Shown here one piece after another: positions 12,604 to 25,435 of a stretch of DNA of 64,000 bases. The number at the start of each line of letters is the position of its first letter. Position 1 is the first letter of the stretch. The position numbers were made by a program, and so were the translations under genes. Location: NCBI RefSeq assembly GCF_035594765.1, contig NC_085844.1, forward strand, positions 146,708,107-146,772,106, given 5' to 3'. This DNA comes from Anolis carolinensis. Lineage: Eukaryota. A model generated the notes under the pieces. It was not told where the DNA came from and did not search any database. It saw nothing but the letters and a program-made list of their open reading frames with translations.

Positions 12604-12750
12604 CTGGCGTGGAATACGTCCGTGATACCAGGCGTGGCTTCGCAGATCTTCACTGCTCATCTGCAGCTCCTCTTCCAACTCTTTCTTCAGTTTTTCTGGG
12701 GAGCTGTCCATTGTCACCTGCCTCTCCATCACCTGCCTCTCCTTGGAAAA
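12604..12750 (-). CDS. BCAR3: BCAR3 exon, pre-SH2 segment and SH2 start (FSKERQVMERQVTMDSSPEKLKKELEEELQMSSEDLRSHAWYHGRIPRQ)
   Basis: Pyrimidine tract plus tcag acceptor, CAG|gtacg donor, 147 nt, phase 0-0; WYHGRIPR SH2 start motif. Confidence 0.96.
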
Positions 12751-13492
12751 CTGATAAAGAGAAAGAAAGAGTTTGATTATTCCAGATCTGGTAAGAAACT
12801 CCTTATCTTTCATTTTCCCCCATGTGTCAGGAGGTCCACAACAGCCAATGGAGCTTGTGCTCTGCCTCCCTCTAAGACTTTGATCATCTCTAAGCAGTAG
12901 CTGTGAAGGCTACCGCCAGGTGAGAATCTAGGTAATGATTACATGTTGCAAAGTGTATCATAAATGTCCCACCTGGATGGCGGAGATAATAACTGGTGTG
13001 CCTACCTGCTGAGTCATTTATGGACTTTCTCCAATAAAAATGTTTCACATAGAAGAAAGAAAAAGACCCTAACTGGAAAGAGAGACATAGTAGCTCATTT
13101 TTCAGCCACATGGTTTATAAAGAACAGTCCTAAGTTCAAGCCCTGGCATCTTCAGGTAAGGGCTGGGAAAGACTAAAAGCTCCAGTGACTGCAGACCAGT
13201 CAAATCAAACATCCTCCAAACATTTCAGGCTCCAACTCCCATCAGCTCTGGCTAGTATGATCAATTGTATGGGACTGTAGTTCAAAACACTTGGGGAAGG
13301 CTGTTGTTGGCAATTCAGCACTGAGTACACAGGAGAGAGTTTCATCTGCTATGGCCTGCATTGTTGATATGGGCCGATACTTCATACTTTTGTCAGGCTA
13401 AAGCATGGCTTTTCATCAAGGCCTTTGGGCTTAATTGATTTCTTAAAATGTACAGAGTTGGGCTGAATTCTTGTTAGTGAACTATGCCAATA

Positions 13493-13828
13493 CAGTGTTC
13501 CCTCACTTATTGTGGGGGTTACATTCCAGGACCACCCGCGATAAGTGAAAATCCGCGAAGTAGGGACACTAGACTTTTCTTTAGGAAGGAAGTAGAAAGA
13601 GGGAGGGAGGGAGGGAGGGAAGAAAGAGGCAGGGGAACATGGTGTCACCTCCTTCTCCTCCCGCTGCCGTTTGGGCTCCTTCTCCACCCTGCCGCCCGCA
13701 CCCGACTGAGACCACCATCACTGTAAATCATAAGTTTTTATGATTTATAATATTATTTTAGTGTTTATTTAAAAACCGTGAAATAGCGAGGGAGTGAAAA
13801 GCGAACCGCAAGAAACGAGGGAACACTG
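13493..13828. mobile_element. Tc1/mariner (Tigger-like) MITE
   Basis: TA-flanked TIR CAGTGTTCCCTC...GAGGGAACACTG. Confidence 0.8.
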
Positions 13829-13958
13829 TATACAAGGGGAACACTGTTATGCCGTGAAAGTGCTGCATGTTTCTTTGCTAACCACCTTGGTCTAGACTAG
13901 AGACACAGAAATACCCAAGTGGCAGGCACAACTGCCTGACTTCTAAGGTGGGTATAGG

Positions 13959-14302
13959 CAGGCCTGTAGCTGGGGAGTGGGGGGTGTGGGTTAGGGGTTC
14001 AAACCCCCCTCCGAAATTTTTCAGGTTAAAAAAAAACCTGGTTTACTCATGAATTGGCGGGGGGTTGGACTAGATGGCCCATGAGGTCTCTTCCAACTCT
14101 ATTATTCTATGATTCTATGAATTTTAACTGGTTAACCAAATCCCCATGCTAAGTCTATGAGATGCACAAAATTAAGAGTCCCTCCAGGCACTATCTCAAG
14201 CAGATATTGACAGGCCTGTAGCGGGGGGAGGAGGGATTTAAACCCCCCCCTCCAAATTTTCAACCCCCCTCCCCCCAAAAAAATTTTCTGGCTACGGCCC
14301 TG
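13959..14302. mobile_element. non-autonomous hAT element carrying a nested CR1 tail
   Basis: Ends CAGGCCTGTAGC...GCTACGGCCCTG; 8-bp TSD ggtatagg/ggtgtagg. Confidence 0.75.
14056..14116 (+). mobile_element. CR1 3' tail only (61 bp)
   Basis: GGGGTTGGACTAGATGGCCC...ATTCTATGATTCT; TSD atgaatt. Confidence 0.85.
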
Positions 14303-14319
14303 GGTGTAGGGTTTGCTAT

Positions 14320-14453
14320 GTTTTTTCCCATGTCAGGAGCCATTTGAGAAACTACAAGTTGCTTCTGGTGTGAGAGAATTGGCCATTTGCAAAGACGTTG
14401 CCCAGGAGATACCCGGATGTTTGCTGGGGGCACAAGAGAAGCCTCCCACAGGA
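14320..14453 (-). mobile_element. AnolisSINE2-type SINE, 3' half
   Basis: Tail and part of core. Confidence 0.8.
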
Positions 14454-14689
14454 TAGTGCAATGATGCAATGATTGTAAACACGAATCCCAGTATTTACAA
14501 GGTCCTAAATACAGCTTACAATATCACAAATATTGAATGGCACATCAGCCTATAATAATGACTTTGTATAGGTAGTACTAGACTCAAATTTCACATATGG
14601 TTCATACCAGTTGCGAGTTATGCCCAAACACTGTAGTGAAGCAAAACCAAACAAAATAGAAATATATTCCTAAGAAAATGCCAAACCAC

Positions 14690-15500
14690 ATTTTCTAATT
14701 TTTGCAAGAAGCTCCTGCAGTTCCTTCCATGATGCATCTAACTCTGTTCCCCATAGAACAAGATGTGTGAAAGCCACTCCCAGGCAATGAATGCTTATGG
14801 ACAGCAGTGACAGCTTCCCAGCTCTTTCCCCTGAAGTGTTCCTCTCCACTGGCAAAGATAGCTGAGTACATCACATAATCTCCCCTGGCCACTAAACGAG
14901 ATCTCAAGTGTGACGAAGGAGAGATGGTATCATCTTGTCTTCAGACAGCAAAATGTCTTGGACTGATTCTGAATCCATCTCTGCCAGAAACCTTCTGCCA
15001 CTAACAGCTGTGTTGGTGCCATTGAACAATTGTGCTTTTGGTGAAGCACAAAGAACACAACTGGTCTAATTTTAATTTCATATTCTCTCTGCACCACTTT
15101 TTGCATTACAAGTGACCCTCTCTTGTTCCAACATCCCTCTTTGATGGGTTCTTGTTGACATATTCTCACAATCCTTCTTGGCATTATGTCAGCAGTCTGT
15201 CAAAAGAGCGGCTCTCATCCTGGGAGCTTTCATTACAGCTCAACTGTTTTGTTTTTTAAGAACACTGCATTAGGAGTTGTAGGGTTAAATTAAAAGCTGT
15301 ATGAAGAACTAAAGTAATCCTCCCCACATTTTGCTCTTCCCTCTCTAGTCTACTTCTACCCTCTTCCTTTCGAAAGAGAGCAAGGGTTGAAATGGTGTTT
15401 TAATTGTGAGCAGCTGGCATTCCTGCTGCTATTGCAGATTTTGTTTCAAAAAGCAGACATCAGATACAATGACATTTTACTCTTACCCAGATAGATTTGC
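14690..15500 (-). mobile_element. possible degraded Gypsy (Gmr1-like) gag and LTR end
   Basis: Broken frames loosely resembling gag; AGTAAA...CA followed by a PBS-like stretch near 15436. Confidence 0.3.
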
Positions 15501-16425
15501 TTTTTTTATTATCTGGATTACTTGTATGTGATGACCTATCTCTCAACAGGACCATAACCTGAAGCAACGTGATGCCTCCAAATCAGTGACATACATGAGA
15601 AATCAGTGTCTTCTATTGCCGTATATTTTATTTATATTCCAACTCTAGCCTATGCGTTGGATGAAACCTAGAAGAATACTGCATCTTCTGCTCAAACTTC
15701 ATCTGTTTTTATTTCCAATCAGTGATCAGACAGAAGAGATAAATTAACCAATTAAATTTTGCAAAGTCTGCTTTGGCTGTAGTATACAAATTATATGAAT
15801 CAGTTACAATACATGCCATACTAGTCCCTTCTAGCTCCTTGGGGAGTCAGGCAGTGTGGTATTGGAAGGTGAAGAGTACGGAAGGTGGAAGAATGTTGAA
15901 GCCACACAAGTCACATTGAAGACACACAAGTCTCATCAAAGCTAGATAAAAGCAAAGACACAAACTAAAGCCACGTCGGAGATATAACTGATTGAGATCC
16001 AATTGGAGCTATATTAAAGTAACATCTAGTTAGAACTGTGGTCATGCTTCAAGGCCTTTACCTCCCTTCACAAAGACTGGCAGTAAAACTGTGGAGGAGA
16101 GGAAGTTTGAGATCTGTTATTTAATAAATTGTTGTTTTTACTTCAAATGTGTAGCATTCAATCTGCTCCTGGCATCACAGACACCTTCCAAATAAATAGC
16201 TAGTGTGGGGGCAGAACACACAGGAAAAACTGGATGTGGACACCAAATTATGCAATACTATTAATATTATAGACTCCAAGTTCCAGAAGCACAACTCCTT
16301 TCTCCTATTGAATAACTTTGGGATAGCAAGTAGAAGAGATCTTTCACACCAGTAGACTCCTTGGCCTTGTTCCGTACTGTCTTTGTTCATTAATACTCAA
16401 TGACACACAAAGTTTAGGATACACG

Positions 16426-16986
16426 TGTCAGAAATATTAAAAATCAAATAGGTATTTTTAATTATAAAAAAGTGAGTCATGCACTGAAAGAGTTAAATAA
16501 GCAAGCATGGAGAGTGAGTAGGCCAAAGCCTGTTAGAGTTAGTGGGCCAAAGCTAGTGTCGTCCTTAGGTGTGTTAGCCTCAGTGAGAGAACGCCTCAGT
16601 GTGAGGTCGACCTCAGTGTTAGTCAGTCACAGTGAGAGAAGGCCTCTGTGTGAGTTTCAGTGAGAGAAGCTCCAGGTTGAAGGCCTTATGTGTGAAGCTT
16701 CTGGGTGAAGGCTGCAGTGTGTAAAGCTCTGTGAATGCGAAGCTGTTTATCTGCACGAGAAAGAAGCCCAACATGGAAACAAAGAAGGAAGTATAAAGAA
16801 CGTTAATAGTGTTATGGAAACCTTGTTTTTGTATTTTGCTATAAAGAAAAGCCTAAGGAAGAGATAACATTGGTCTCTGTGTTTTTGTTCTTTTGCTCAC
16901 TTTTGGCTTCTGGTGCTGGGTCATGGTGCTGCTAATAAGTTACTCTGCTATACATTTCTGGAGAGCGTCTTTTGTTAATAAGCCCA
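16426..16986 (+). mobile_element. solo LTR, probably Gypsy-type
   Basis: TG...CA termini with perfect 4-bp TSD CACG; internal CTCAGTG repeats. Confidence 0.6.
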
Positions 16987-18379
16987 CACGTCCAACAACG
17001 CATGCCAAACATAAGGCCCACAGGCTGAATCCACCCCACCATGTTATTTAATGTGGCCCACAAGGCTTTCAATGCCAGGGCAACATGGTTAAATGTATAC
17101 ATTCTTACAGTTACAACCAGCACTTTGAAGGCAACCATAATGCTGATGTCACTTCTGGTGAAATGAATGTGACACCCCTGGTCTAGCAGAAGGCTGCAGT
17201 GAAAAGACAACAAAAGTAATTGGGATGGGATCCGCATACTCTCCATGCTTATTATTCTGGCCCTACAAAAAAGCACACTAGACATGGAGAAGTCTCCAGA
17301 AAAAAAGAATAACCAGTAGAAGTTTTTGCAGTTCTCCTGATAAAACTGCCACTCAAAAAGTCCAATGCAATATGGATTCCGGGAGTATTTGTGGCAGCCT
17401 GCCGGGTGCTAAATAAATCTTTCCTTGCAACATCTACGGAAGAAACAGAAATAAAGTGACACAGATATGGAGACACCAGGACGGCAGGCTGCATGTTACC
17501 ATGCAACGATAACCACAGAAACATTTTTTCCCATGGCTCCGTATTTCCTCTCAGGAACTTGGACGAACTCCCAGGCCCCTCCAGTGAAATGAATGCCTCC
17601 CTACTGGGGATGGGAATTAAAAAAGCAGAGTGAATGACACAAATCCTCATTCAATCTGGGACTTTCAATGAATGCTCTAGCTTAAAGTGTTTCCTTTAGG
17701 TTCATCTTTATAGCATATACAGTATGAACTTGAAGACATGCATTTTGTTAAGGATGCCCCTCAATAGTTCATTGTAACACTAGTCTACTAAAGTAATTTA
17801 GCCATATTGTTAAGAGAGCATTATTCCTGATGGAACTATGCCAAGAAGAAAGGCTCTTTTTAGCTATGACTGTTCAGACATGCTGAGCAGTCCAGGCTGG
17901 GTCCATGGTTAATTTTCTTTCTTTCTTAAGTTTTCTAAGAGCTTTAGAAATGGTGGGCTGTATCACAGGGGGATAACAGCTTATATCAGCATTTAGCAAA
18001 GCTCCTGGAGGGCAGCAATTCTCAGAATCCCCCATGGCATTCCCATGCTGGCCTAGATATTCTGGGAATTGCTTTAAAAAAGAAAGCCTAAATAATTCTA
18101 AAATCACCAGGGTCAATCCTGTTTAGATCAGTGAATAGTGGGTGCTGTAGGCAATATTTTGGAGGAAGGAAGTGGTAAAAACCACATCTGAATATTCTTT
18201 GCCAAAGATGATCCCATGACATTCCCATGATTCAACAGGCAAATATAGACACACAGAATGTTACTAAACTCTAGTTTATAAACTTGTATGATAATTTAAG
18301 TGATACAACCCAGTAGCCTATTTATATAACCGGATCTTTATAATAGCTCATTTTGTACCCATTTCCCAGTTATCCCAGG

Positions 18380-18843
18380 GATCTGAACGTATCTCCTCCT
18401 ATGAGCCTACGAGAACTTTAAGATCGTCTGAGTAGGCCCTGCTCTTGGTCCCACCTGCCTCGCAAGTGCGGCTGGTGGGGACGAGAGGCAGGGCCTTCTC
18501 AGTGGTGGCTCCACGGCTGTGGAACTCCCTCCCCAATCTGGCAGGCTCCACCCCTTCTGGGCTTTAGAAAGAAATTGAAGACCTGGCTATGTGTGCAAGC
18601 ATTTAAAGAATAAGCTCTGACGGCTTCGACTCAGTCTGGATCAAGGATTATGCGCAAGGTTCTTTGGATGAATGGTTTTAAGCGCTTTATATGTTTTAAA
18701 TTGTTATATTGTTTTATTGTGTACTGCCTAGTTGTTTTTAATTGCTTTATGTTTTATTCTACTGTATTGTTGTTTATTGGCATCGAATTTTGCCCTCAGG
18801 TGGGAAAGGCGGGATAGAAATGATGTAAATAAATAAATAATAA
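18380..18843 (+). mobile_element. L2-clade LINE 3' end
   Basis: ORF2 end RLVGTRGRAFSVVAPRLWNSLP; (TAAA)n tail. Confidence 0.85.
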
Positions 18844-19096
18844 AATTGTAAAGGTTTTCCAGCTACAAGAGATGCTGTTTCCCATTTTCTTTCCTTTTTG
18901 CTTTTTCGTAATGAATCTTTTGTGAATAGGCTTGTTATAAATGGCTTGTATTTAAATGTGATTTAACGTGGGATTAGATTTTGTCATGAACTTTAACAGA
19001 CATGTTTTGATCCAGCATGTGATTTCTTTTTATGCTTGCAAATATTTTTAGATTGACTATCAGTGTATGATATCAGTGTATCAGTGTATGTGTATG

Positions 19097-19420
19097 TGGG
19101 GCTGCAGTGGCGTAGCAGGTTAGACCGCTAAGCTGCAGAACTTGCTGACTGGAAGGTCAGCAGTTCACATCCATGGGATGGGGTGAGCTCCTGTTGCTAG
19201 TCCCAGCTCCTGCCAACCTGGAAGTTCAAAAACTTGCAAATATGAGTAGATCAATAGGTACTGTTTTGGTGGGAAGGTTATGGCATTCCATGCAGTCATG
19301 CCTGCCACATAACCTAAGAGACATCTATGGACAACGCTGGCTCTTCATCTTAGAAATGGAGATGAATACCAACCCCCCAGAGTCGGACCCCCAGATGTCA
19401 AGGGGAAACCTTTACCTTTT
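19097..19420 (+). mobile_element. Sauria SINE
   Basis: Head, core and tail present. Confidence 0.9.
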
Positions 19421-19467
19421 TATCAGTGTACAGATGGTCAGGCACAACAGATGCCCCAGTGATTACA

Positions 19468-19987
19468 ATATATACTAGAGTATAAGCTGTTTTCAGCACT
19501 TTTTAGGGCTGAAAAAGCCTCCCTTGACTTATACTCGAGTGAAGGTCCGTGTTGGCTTATATTCGGGTTGGCTTATACTCGAGTATATAGGTAATCAAAG
19601 TTGGACAATCTTAATGTATTAAAGTCTTATTATTATCTTAAATTACAGTTTTATGGAAATATTCAAAAGCACTTAACCTACTGATGCTTCATTGGCTTAT
19701 ATTCGGGTTGGCTTATACTCGAGTATATAGGTAATCAAAGTTGGACAATCTTAATGTATTAAAGTCTTATTATTATCTTAAATTACAGTTTTATGGAAAT
19801 ATTCAAAAGCACTTAACCTACTGATGCTTCATTAATGTAATTGTATTAGAATCTATTTTTATTTTTGAATTTGACCCATAGCTGCTGCATTTCCCACCCT
19901 TGACTTATACTCGAGTCAATAAGCTTTCCCAGTTTTTTTGTGGTAAAATTAAGTGCCTTGGGTCAGCTTATACTTGAGTCTATACGG
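19468..19987. mobile_element. pogo/Tc2-like MITE with internal 140-bp tandem duplication
   Basis: Repeated CTTATACTCGAGT motifs; terminal CTTATACTTGAGTCTATACGG. Confidence 0.65.
19552..19831. repeat. perfect 140-bp tandem duplication
   Basis: 19552-19691 identical to 19692-19831. Confidence 0.95.
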
Positions 19988-20073
19988 CCCATGTCAAACG
20001 ATTCTGTTCAAACCTTGCCAATATATGTTTTTAAAATGAACTATTGAGTAGTTTGGGGTTTTATGAAGTACTA

Positions 20074-20469
20074 CCCTGTTTCCCCTAAAATAAGACATCC
20101 CCAGAAAATAAGACCTAGTAGAGGTTTTGCTGAATTGCTAAATATAAGGCCTCCCCTGAAAGTAAGACCTAGCAAAGTTTTTGTTTGGAAGCATGCCCCC
20201 CGAAGCATGCAGGATTGGTAAATGTACGCAATATAGAGTGTTGTACATGGAAATAACGGCAGTAACAAGAAATTCTTGATAGGACTCAGTTAGTCTGGTT
20301 TGTGATAACAACTGCTGTACAGTATATAATAAATGTTCATTTTTTTGTTCAACAATAAATGTGAATTCTTCTTCATGGAAAAATAAGACATCCCCTGAAA
20401 ATAAGACCTAGAGCATCTTTGGGAGCAAAAATTAATATAAGACACTGTCTTATTTTCGGGGAAACATGG
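20074..20469. mobile_element. pogo/Tc2-like MITE
   Basis: TA-flanked TIR CCCTGTTTCCCCTAAAATAAGAC...GTCTTATTTTCGGGGAAACATGG. Confidence 0.82.
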
Positions 20470-21249
20470 TACAAATCTGACACCAAAGTATTTCAGGGGT
20501 TGTTTCAAATTTACATTATATTTCAGACTGCCATAATTCACACCATACTTCACACCTCATTACACTGTTGTCCTTCCGACCTCAGCAAGATGCAAAACTA
20601 TGGATCAATTCACATCATACTTGATTTATGTTCTTTCAGTCTGTGTAGCTCTCTAAAACACATAATAATCTGTCCCTCCACACTGACTCATAAATAGGTA
20701 CAGTATACTCAATTTGCACAGTTCTTCTCCTCTCCCGTATTTTTAAGACCGAACAAAGATCACAGTCTTGTCATCTTTTATATTCTGTATGCAAAGTCAC
20801 ACATGCCTGTTCCGCCATCAGAAAAAGAGACAGCCAAATAAGAGTGTGGATCCACTCACTCACAAGCTAAAGCATGGCTCCAGAGCCTTCTTCAAATATC
20901 AAGACTCAGTCATGGAAATTCTGAAGCAGTGTCTCTGAGAATGTGTAAAGTGCAAAGGGATTTATATTGGTTAGCCATCTAAAAAATGCATGTTTCAAAA
21001 GGTTGCACCGAGGTCTCTAAATTATAATCCCCCGCCCCAACATAGTTACTGGTGAAAGTAATTACTCTCGCTCTTCCTTCATAGATTTGTCATCTTATTT
21101 TCCCATTTGTGAGATACCATTCACTCAAAGGCTTCTGTGATAACATGGGAACAGACAGCAACTATCCTAAAGCACACAATACATAACTGTTAATGTGTGC
21201 ACAAAGGTGATGTGACCATATAATCTTCTCCAGGTCTTAAAGACATCAG

Positions 21250-21900
21250 TCTTGATCTGATCTTGGAAGCTAAGCAGGGTCCAGATTCCTTCCGGAAGAA
21301 ACTGAAAACTTGGATGTTCACAGGTGCCTTCTCATAACTGATAATTAATTGTCCATGCACTTTGCCTAGGCCTTGGCCATTCCATGCACTTTATTACCTT
21401 TAGTCATTCCCATCCCTAGTCATAGAAGAATATGCATTTTCAGATTTCCATTCCCCTTAAAATGGCCCATGGCCCATGCTGCTTGACTACGGATTGGAAT
21501 TACTGTATGTTTTAAGTTATTTTAACTTTTGTAAGATGTGTTATTATATTATGATTTTATTGTGTTACTGTTTTTATTGATGTAATACTGTTTTGGGCTT
21601 GTCCCAGTGTAAGCCACCCCAAGTCCTTCGTGAGATGGNNNNNNNNNNNNNNNNNNNNNNNNNNNNNNNNNNNNNNNNNNNNNNNNNNNNNNNNNNNNNN
21701 NNNNNNNNNNNNNNNNNNNNNNNNNNNNNNNNNNNNNNNNNNNNNNNNNNNNNNNNNNNNNNNNNNNNNNNACCAATGAAAACCAGGTGCAGGGGAAGGA
21801 ACTGATTAAACAAATTCTGTTGTATTCCTTGCCAAAGAAAACCCTGCAAAATACATGGAGTTATTATAAGTCAACAAATGACTTGAAGAAACATACATAT
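21250..21900 (+). mobile_element. 5S rRNA-derived SINE split by an L2 3' end and the assembly gap
   Basis: TCTGATCTTGGAAGCTAAGCAGGGTC (5S-like) at 21256-21281; BovB-like remainder 21772-21900; another 5S-like fragment on minus strand at 37896-37975. Confidence 0.6.
21639..21771. other. assembly gap (133 N)
   Basis: Run of n. Confidence 1.
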
Positions 21901-22816
21901 ATATCCTACATACATATAAGCTACATACTTTCTCTGATTTGAGAGAGAGAGAGAGAGATCTAATATCCTGATGGGTTTTTGAGTAGATGGAGCAATTCCA
22001 TGTTGCCTTCTGCCTTCTCTGAAGGATTTTATCCACTTCCTGCTGCTACACATAGAGACTCACCATGATAACATTCAATTAAACCCCAGGAGCTGCCTGT
22101 AAAAAGCTTCTTATTTAGCACCTAAGTGCTACTGTTGAGCAACCTCAACATCCAGAATATTGAAGATTATTATCTAAATCAAATCAAACTCTACAGTTTG
22201 CCAAAGATACACAAAATGAGACAGGCAGGGCAGAACCATTCTGCCAAGGGATTTATAATTTACAATAGCAACAAGGCTCAGGACAATAAATCTAGCATTT
22301 AGGGTTGTATGGGGACAATAACAGGTTGAAGCAGGGCAGTGAAGGGGATGGCAATGTTACAAGGCAGCTATTCCTAGCTAATTCTACACAACAGAGAACA
22401 CAAAGTGAAATATGCTTGGTGCAGGTTCTTAACCCTTTTTATTTACCACTGCTGCTGTATTGACAAGAATAGAAAATGACATCATGGAAATATTAAAATG
22501 CATTTGGCAGTCATTTTGACTCTTGGAATTGTCGTGTGTGTGTGTGTGTGTGTGTCCAAGGACAACATTTCACTAGCTCAAAATATATTAGAGTATCCAG
22601 AGTATTAGAGATATTGTCTGACAAGATACAGGGTTAGTGTTCACAGTAAATGCTATGTCCATCTAGAAGGTACAGTATACAGTATTTTGAACTGTTTTCA
22701 AGCAATACTGCTTAAACATTTTGGGGGGCAAAAAGATTGCTGATAAACCATAAGAGATCCTTTAAGCTCAATAGCAGTGCTCCCTGGACCCCATTGGCCT
22801 TTTGTTTTAGAGTATA

Positions 22817-23136
22817 CAGTAGAGTCTCACTTATCCAAGCTAAACGGGCCGGCAGAAGCTTGGATAAGCGAATATCTTGGATAATAAGGAGGGCTGAAGG
22901 AAAAGCCTATTAAACATCAAATTAGGTTATGATTTTACAGATCAAGCACCAAAACATGTTATACCACAAATTTGACAGAAAAAGTAGTTCAATGCGCAGT
23001 AATGTTATGTTGTAATTACTGTATTTACGAATTTAGCACCAAAATATCACGATATATTGAAAACATTGACTACAAAAATGGCTTGGATTATCCAGAGGCT
23101 TGGATAAGCGAGGCTTGGATAAGTGAGACTCTACTG
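22817..23136. mobile_element. Tc1/mariner MITE
   Basis: TA-flanked TIR CAGTAGAGTCTCACTTATCCAA. Confidence 0.88.
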
Positions 23137-23911
23137 TATATTGAAACTATTTTCTACCTTTCCTTTGAGTTAACATTGAAAATTGTTTATTACTTTGGAT
23201 ATAACTGCAGTCTCTTAAAGTCACGAACAGGCTCATAGTTCCTCTACTTTGCTATCACGGAAACCACAACCCCGGTGAAAGAGAAATCTCAAATTATAGC
23301 TTTCCCATGATGGTCATCAAGAAACAGATTTTCAGAGACAGGTTTGGGGCAGGAGAAGGGAATGTGCAGACATATCATTCATTCTAGGACAGATAAACTA
23401 TGGTTTTGTCAGATGAATATCATTACATCAGATCATTACATCAAAACTACGGCAACAATATCCAGCTTTATTAATGAGATTTTGACACTAATTTGTAGAA
23501 TCAACAATTTTTTCATCCACATTTTCCCCTTGCCTCTATTTCCTATCTCCACAAAGAAACTCTCTCCCCAGATATAATAAGGCAGAGCAGATACAGTACA
23601 GCAATGGCAACTATTGGGGATCACATTTTCCTGTTTAGCCTGCAGACAACGCTGGGGCAGCTTCGGAATAATTGGATCACTGCTGCTAGACTTCATGGGA
23701 ACAAAAGAGCTGTCATAGAAGAAAGTTTCAAGGAATACAGGAAAAAGCGAGAAACAATGTGAATCTATAGTGAAGGGAGCAAGGGGAGAGAAATCACTGC
23801 AGAGATGGAGACAGAACACCCACAATAGTTTACCGCAATGTTTGTCTTCTTGCCAGAAAAGATCACCAACTACACCTACAGCAAGTCAGTACACCATGGC
23901 AACCTGATGAG

Positions 23912-24205
23912 TCTTGGCGCAGCGGGTTAAAACGCTGAGCTGCTGAACTTGCTGACTGAAAGGCCAACAGTTTGAATCCGGGGAGGGGGTGAGCTCCCAC
24001 TGTTAGCCCTAGCTTCTACCAACCTAGCAGTTTGAAAACCGCTCCAGCAGGAAGGTAACAATGCTCCATGCAGTCATGCTGGCCATATGGCTTTGGAGGT
24101 GTCTACAGACAACGCTGGCTCTTCGGCTTAGAAATGGAGATGAGCACCAACCCCCAGAGTTGGACATGACTAGATTCAATGTCAGGGAGAAATCTTTAAC
24201 TTTAT
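23912..24205 (+). mobile_element. Sauria SINE
   Basis: Head and tail present, core partly deleted. Confidence 0.88.
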
Positions 24206-25119
24206 CTATGTGTGCAAGATGGTCTTTTTATTGAGATTTGGGTCCCCTATGCAAATACGGTATTCCAAAATCCCAAGTGCTTCTGGTCCCAAGCATTTCT
24301 GATAAGAGTTGTAGTGGTATTAAAAGGAATAGTAATAGTGCCCCAATAATCTTATCAGAGGCTGAACATTTTTTGAGAGCACTACTGCTACATATGTAAG
24401 CATTCATTGAAGATTATGATACCAAATAATTGATTGCTGTTTGAAACAAAGTTATAAATGCACCCCATGGATCTCATTAGACTCACAAGTAGCCAAACAA
24501 ATTATTTTCATTAAGAACCACTTTTTATAGAACATGCATTTTCAGACTGATATGCCATCTCTTGTTTAGACCTGGCTCCCATCTTCAGGATATTTCATTA
24601 TGTCTGTATATGCAAGTACTCTATGAGTATTTCAAAATCAGAAAAAGTTGAAATCCAAAATACTTCTCATCCTAAGTATTTTGGATCAGGAATATGCCAT
24701 ATTATGAGTTTTCTGATAATGACTGTTTGCCCAAAATTGTTTCCTTCAGACAGAAAACAACAGATGAGGAAATAACATAATTTAATTTCACTAATGGGAG
24801 AGAAGGGTTGAATTCACCCTTGCAACTTCTTGTGGTTCTGCTGCTGCTTACTCCCCACCAGCAGCTGATACTTGTAGCATAAACAGTGTAAATTACTTGC
24901 ATTCATGCACATGATCTATGGTAGTTAGATGACAAGGGGCATAGGATTTGAGCCAAAGAGCAAGCATTATTATATAAATTCTGGCTTTTTTGCACCTGTC
25001 TCATATTCCATCCCAGCTTTCCATCTTTCTAGCACTGCTATACCCAAAGGACTTTGCATTCTGATCACTTTCTTTGCCTTCTCAGGTTAGAATTTGTTGT
25101 ACCTTGAAAAATACCAAAA

Positions 25120-25435
25120 TAATTTGCTGCTTGTTCTGCAGCAGCTAATGAAATCAATGATTTCTGTGTGAGGCCTTGGAGACTAAATCATTTGTTTCTA
25201 CTGTGAGCTCTTGCAGGCAACGGCTTCTAAATGAGTTGTGTTGTGATTGAAAACACAGCAGGCATCTTCGTCTGAGTGGAAAATAAAGTGAACCTGTTGC
25301 ATCCTTGAGGTTAGAGGGACTCTTGCTTTCTGATTTTTGAAGCCCTTCGCAGTTGAGGAGAGTACACAACTAAATAGCAATCAACTGTTTGGGGTGAAAG
25401 AGGAAACATTCATCCTGACTGAGTATGAACAGCAA
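25120..25435 (-). repeat. unclassified interspersed repeat, copy 2
   Basis: Shares CTGCTGTGTTTTCAATCACAACACAACT and GCAAGAGCTCACAG with copy 1. Confidence 0.75.

Noticed and set aside
21256-21281. 5S rRNA gene; likewise tRNA genes at SINE heads
   Set aside because: Only short diverged fragments belonging to SINEs
21549-21849. ORFs with poly-X
   Set aside because: Artefacts of the N gap
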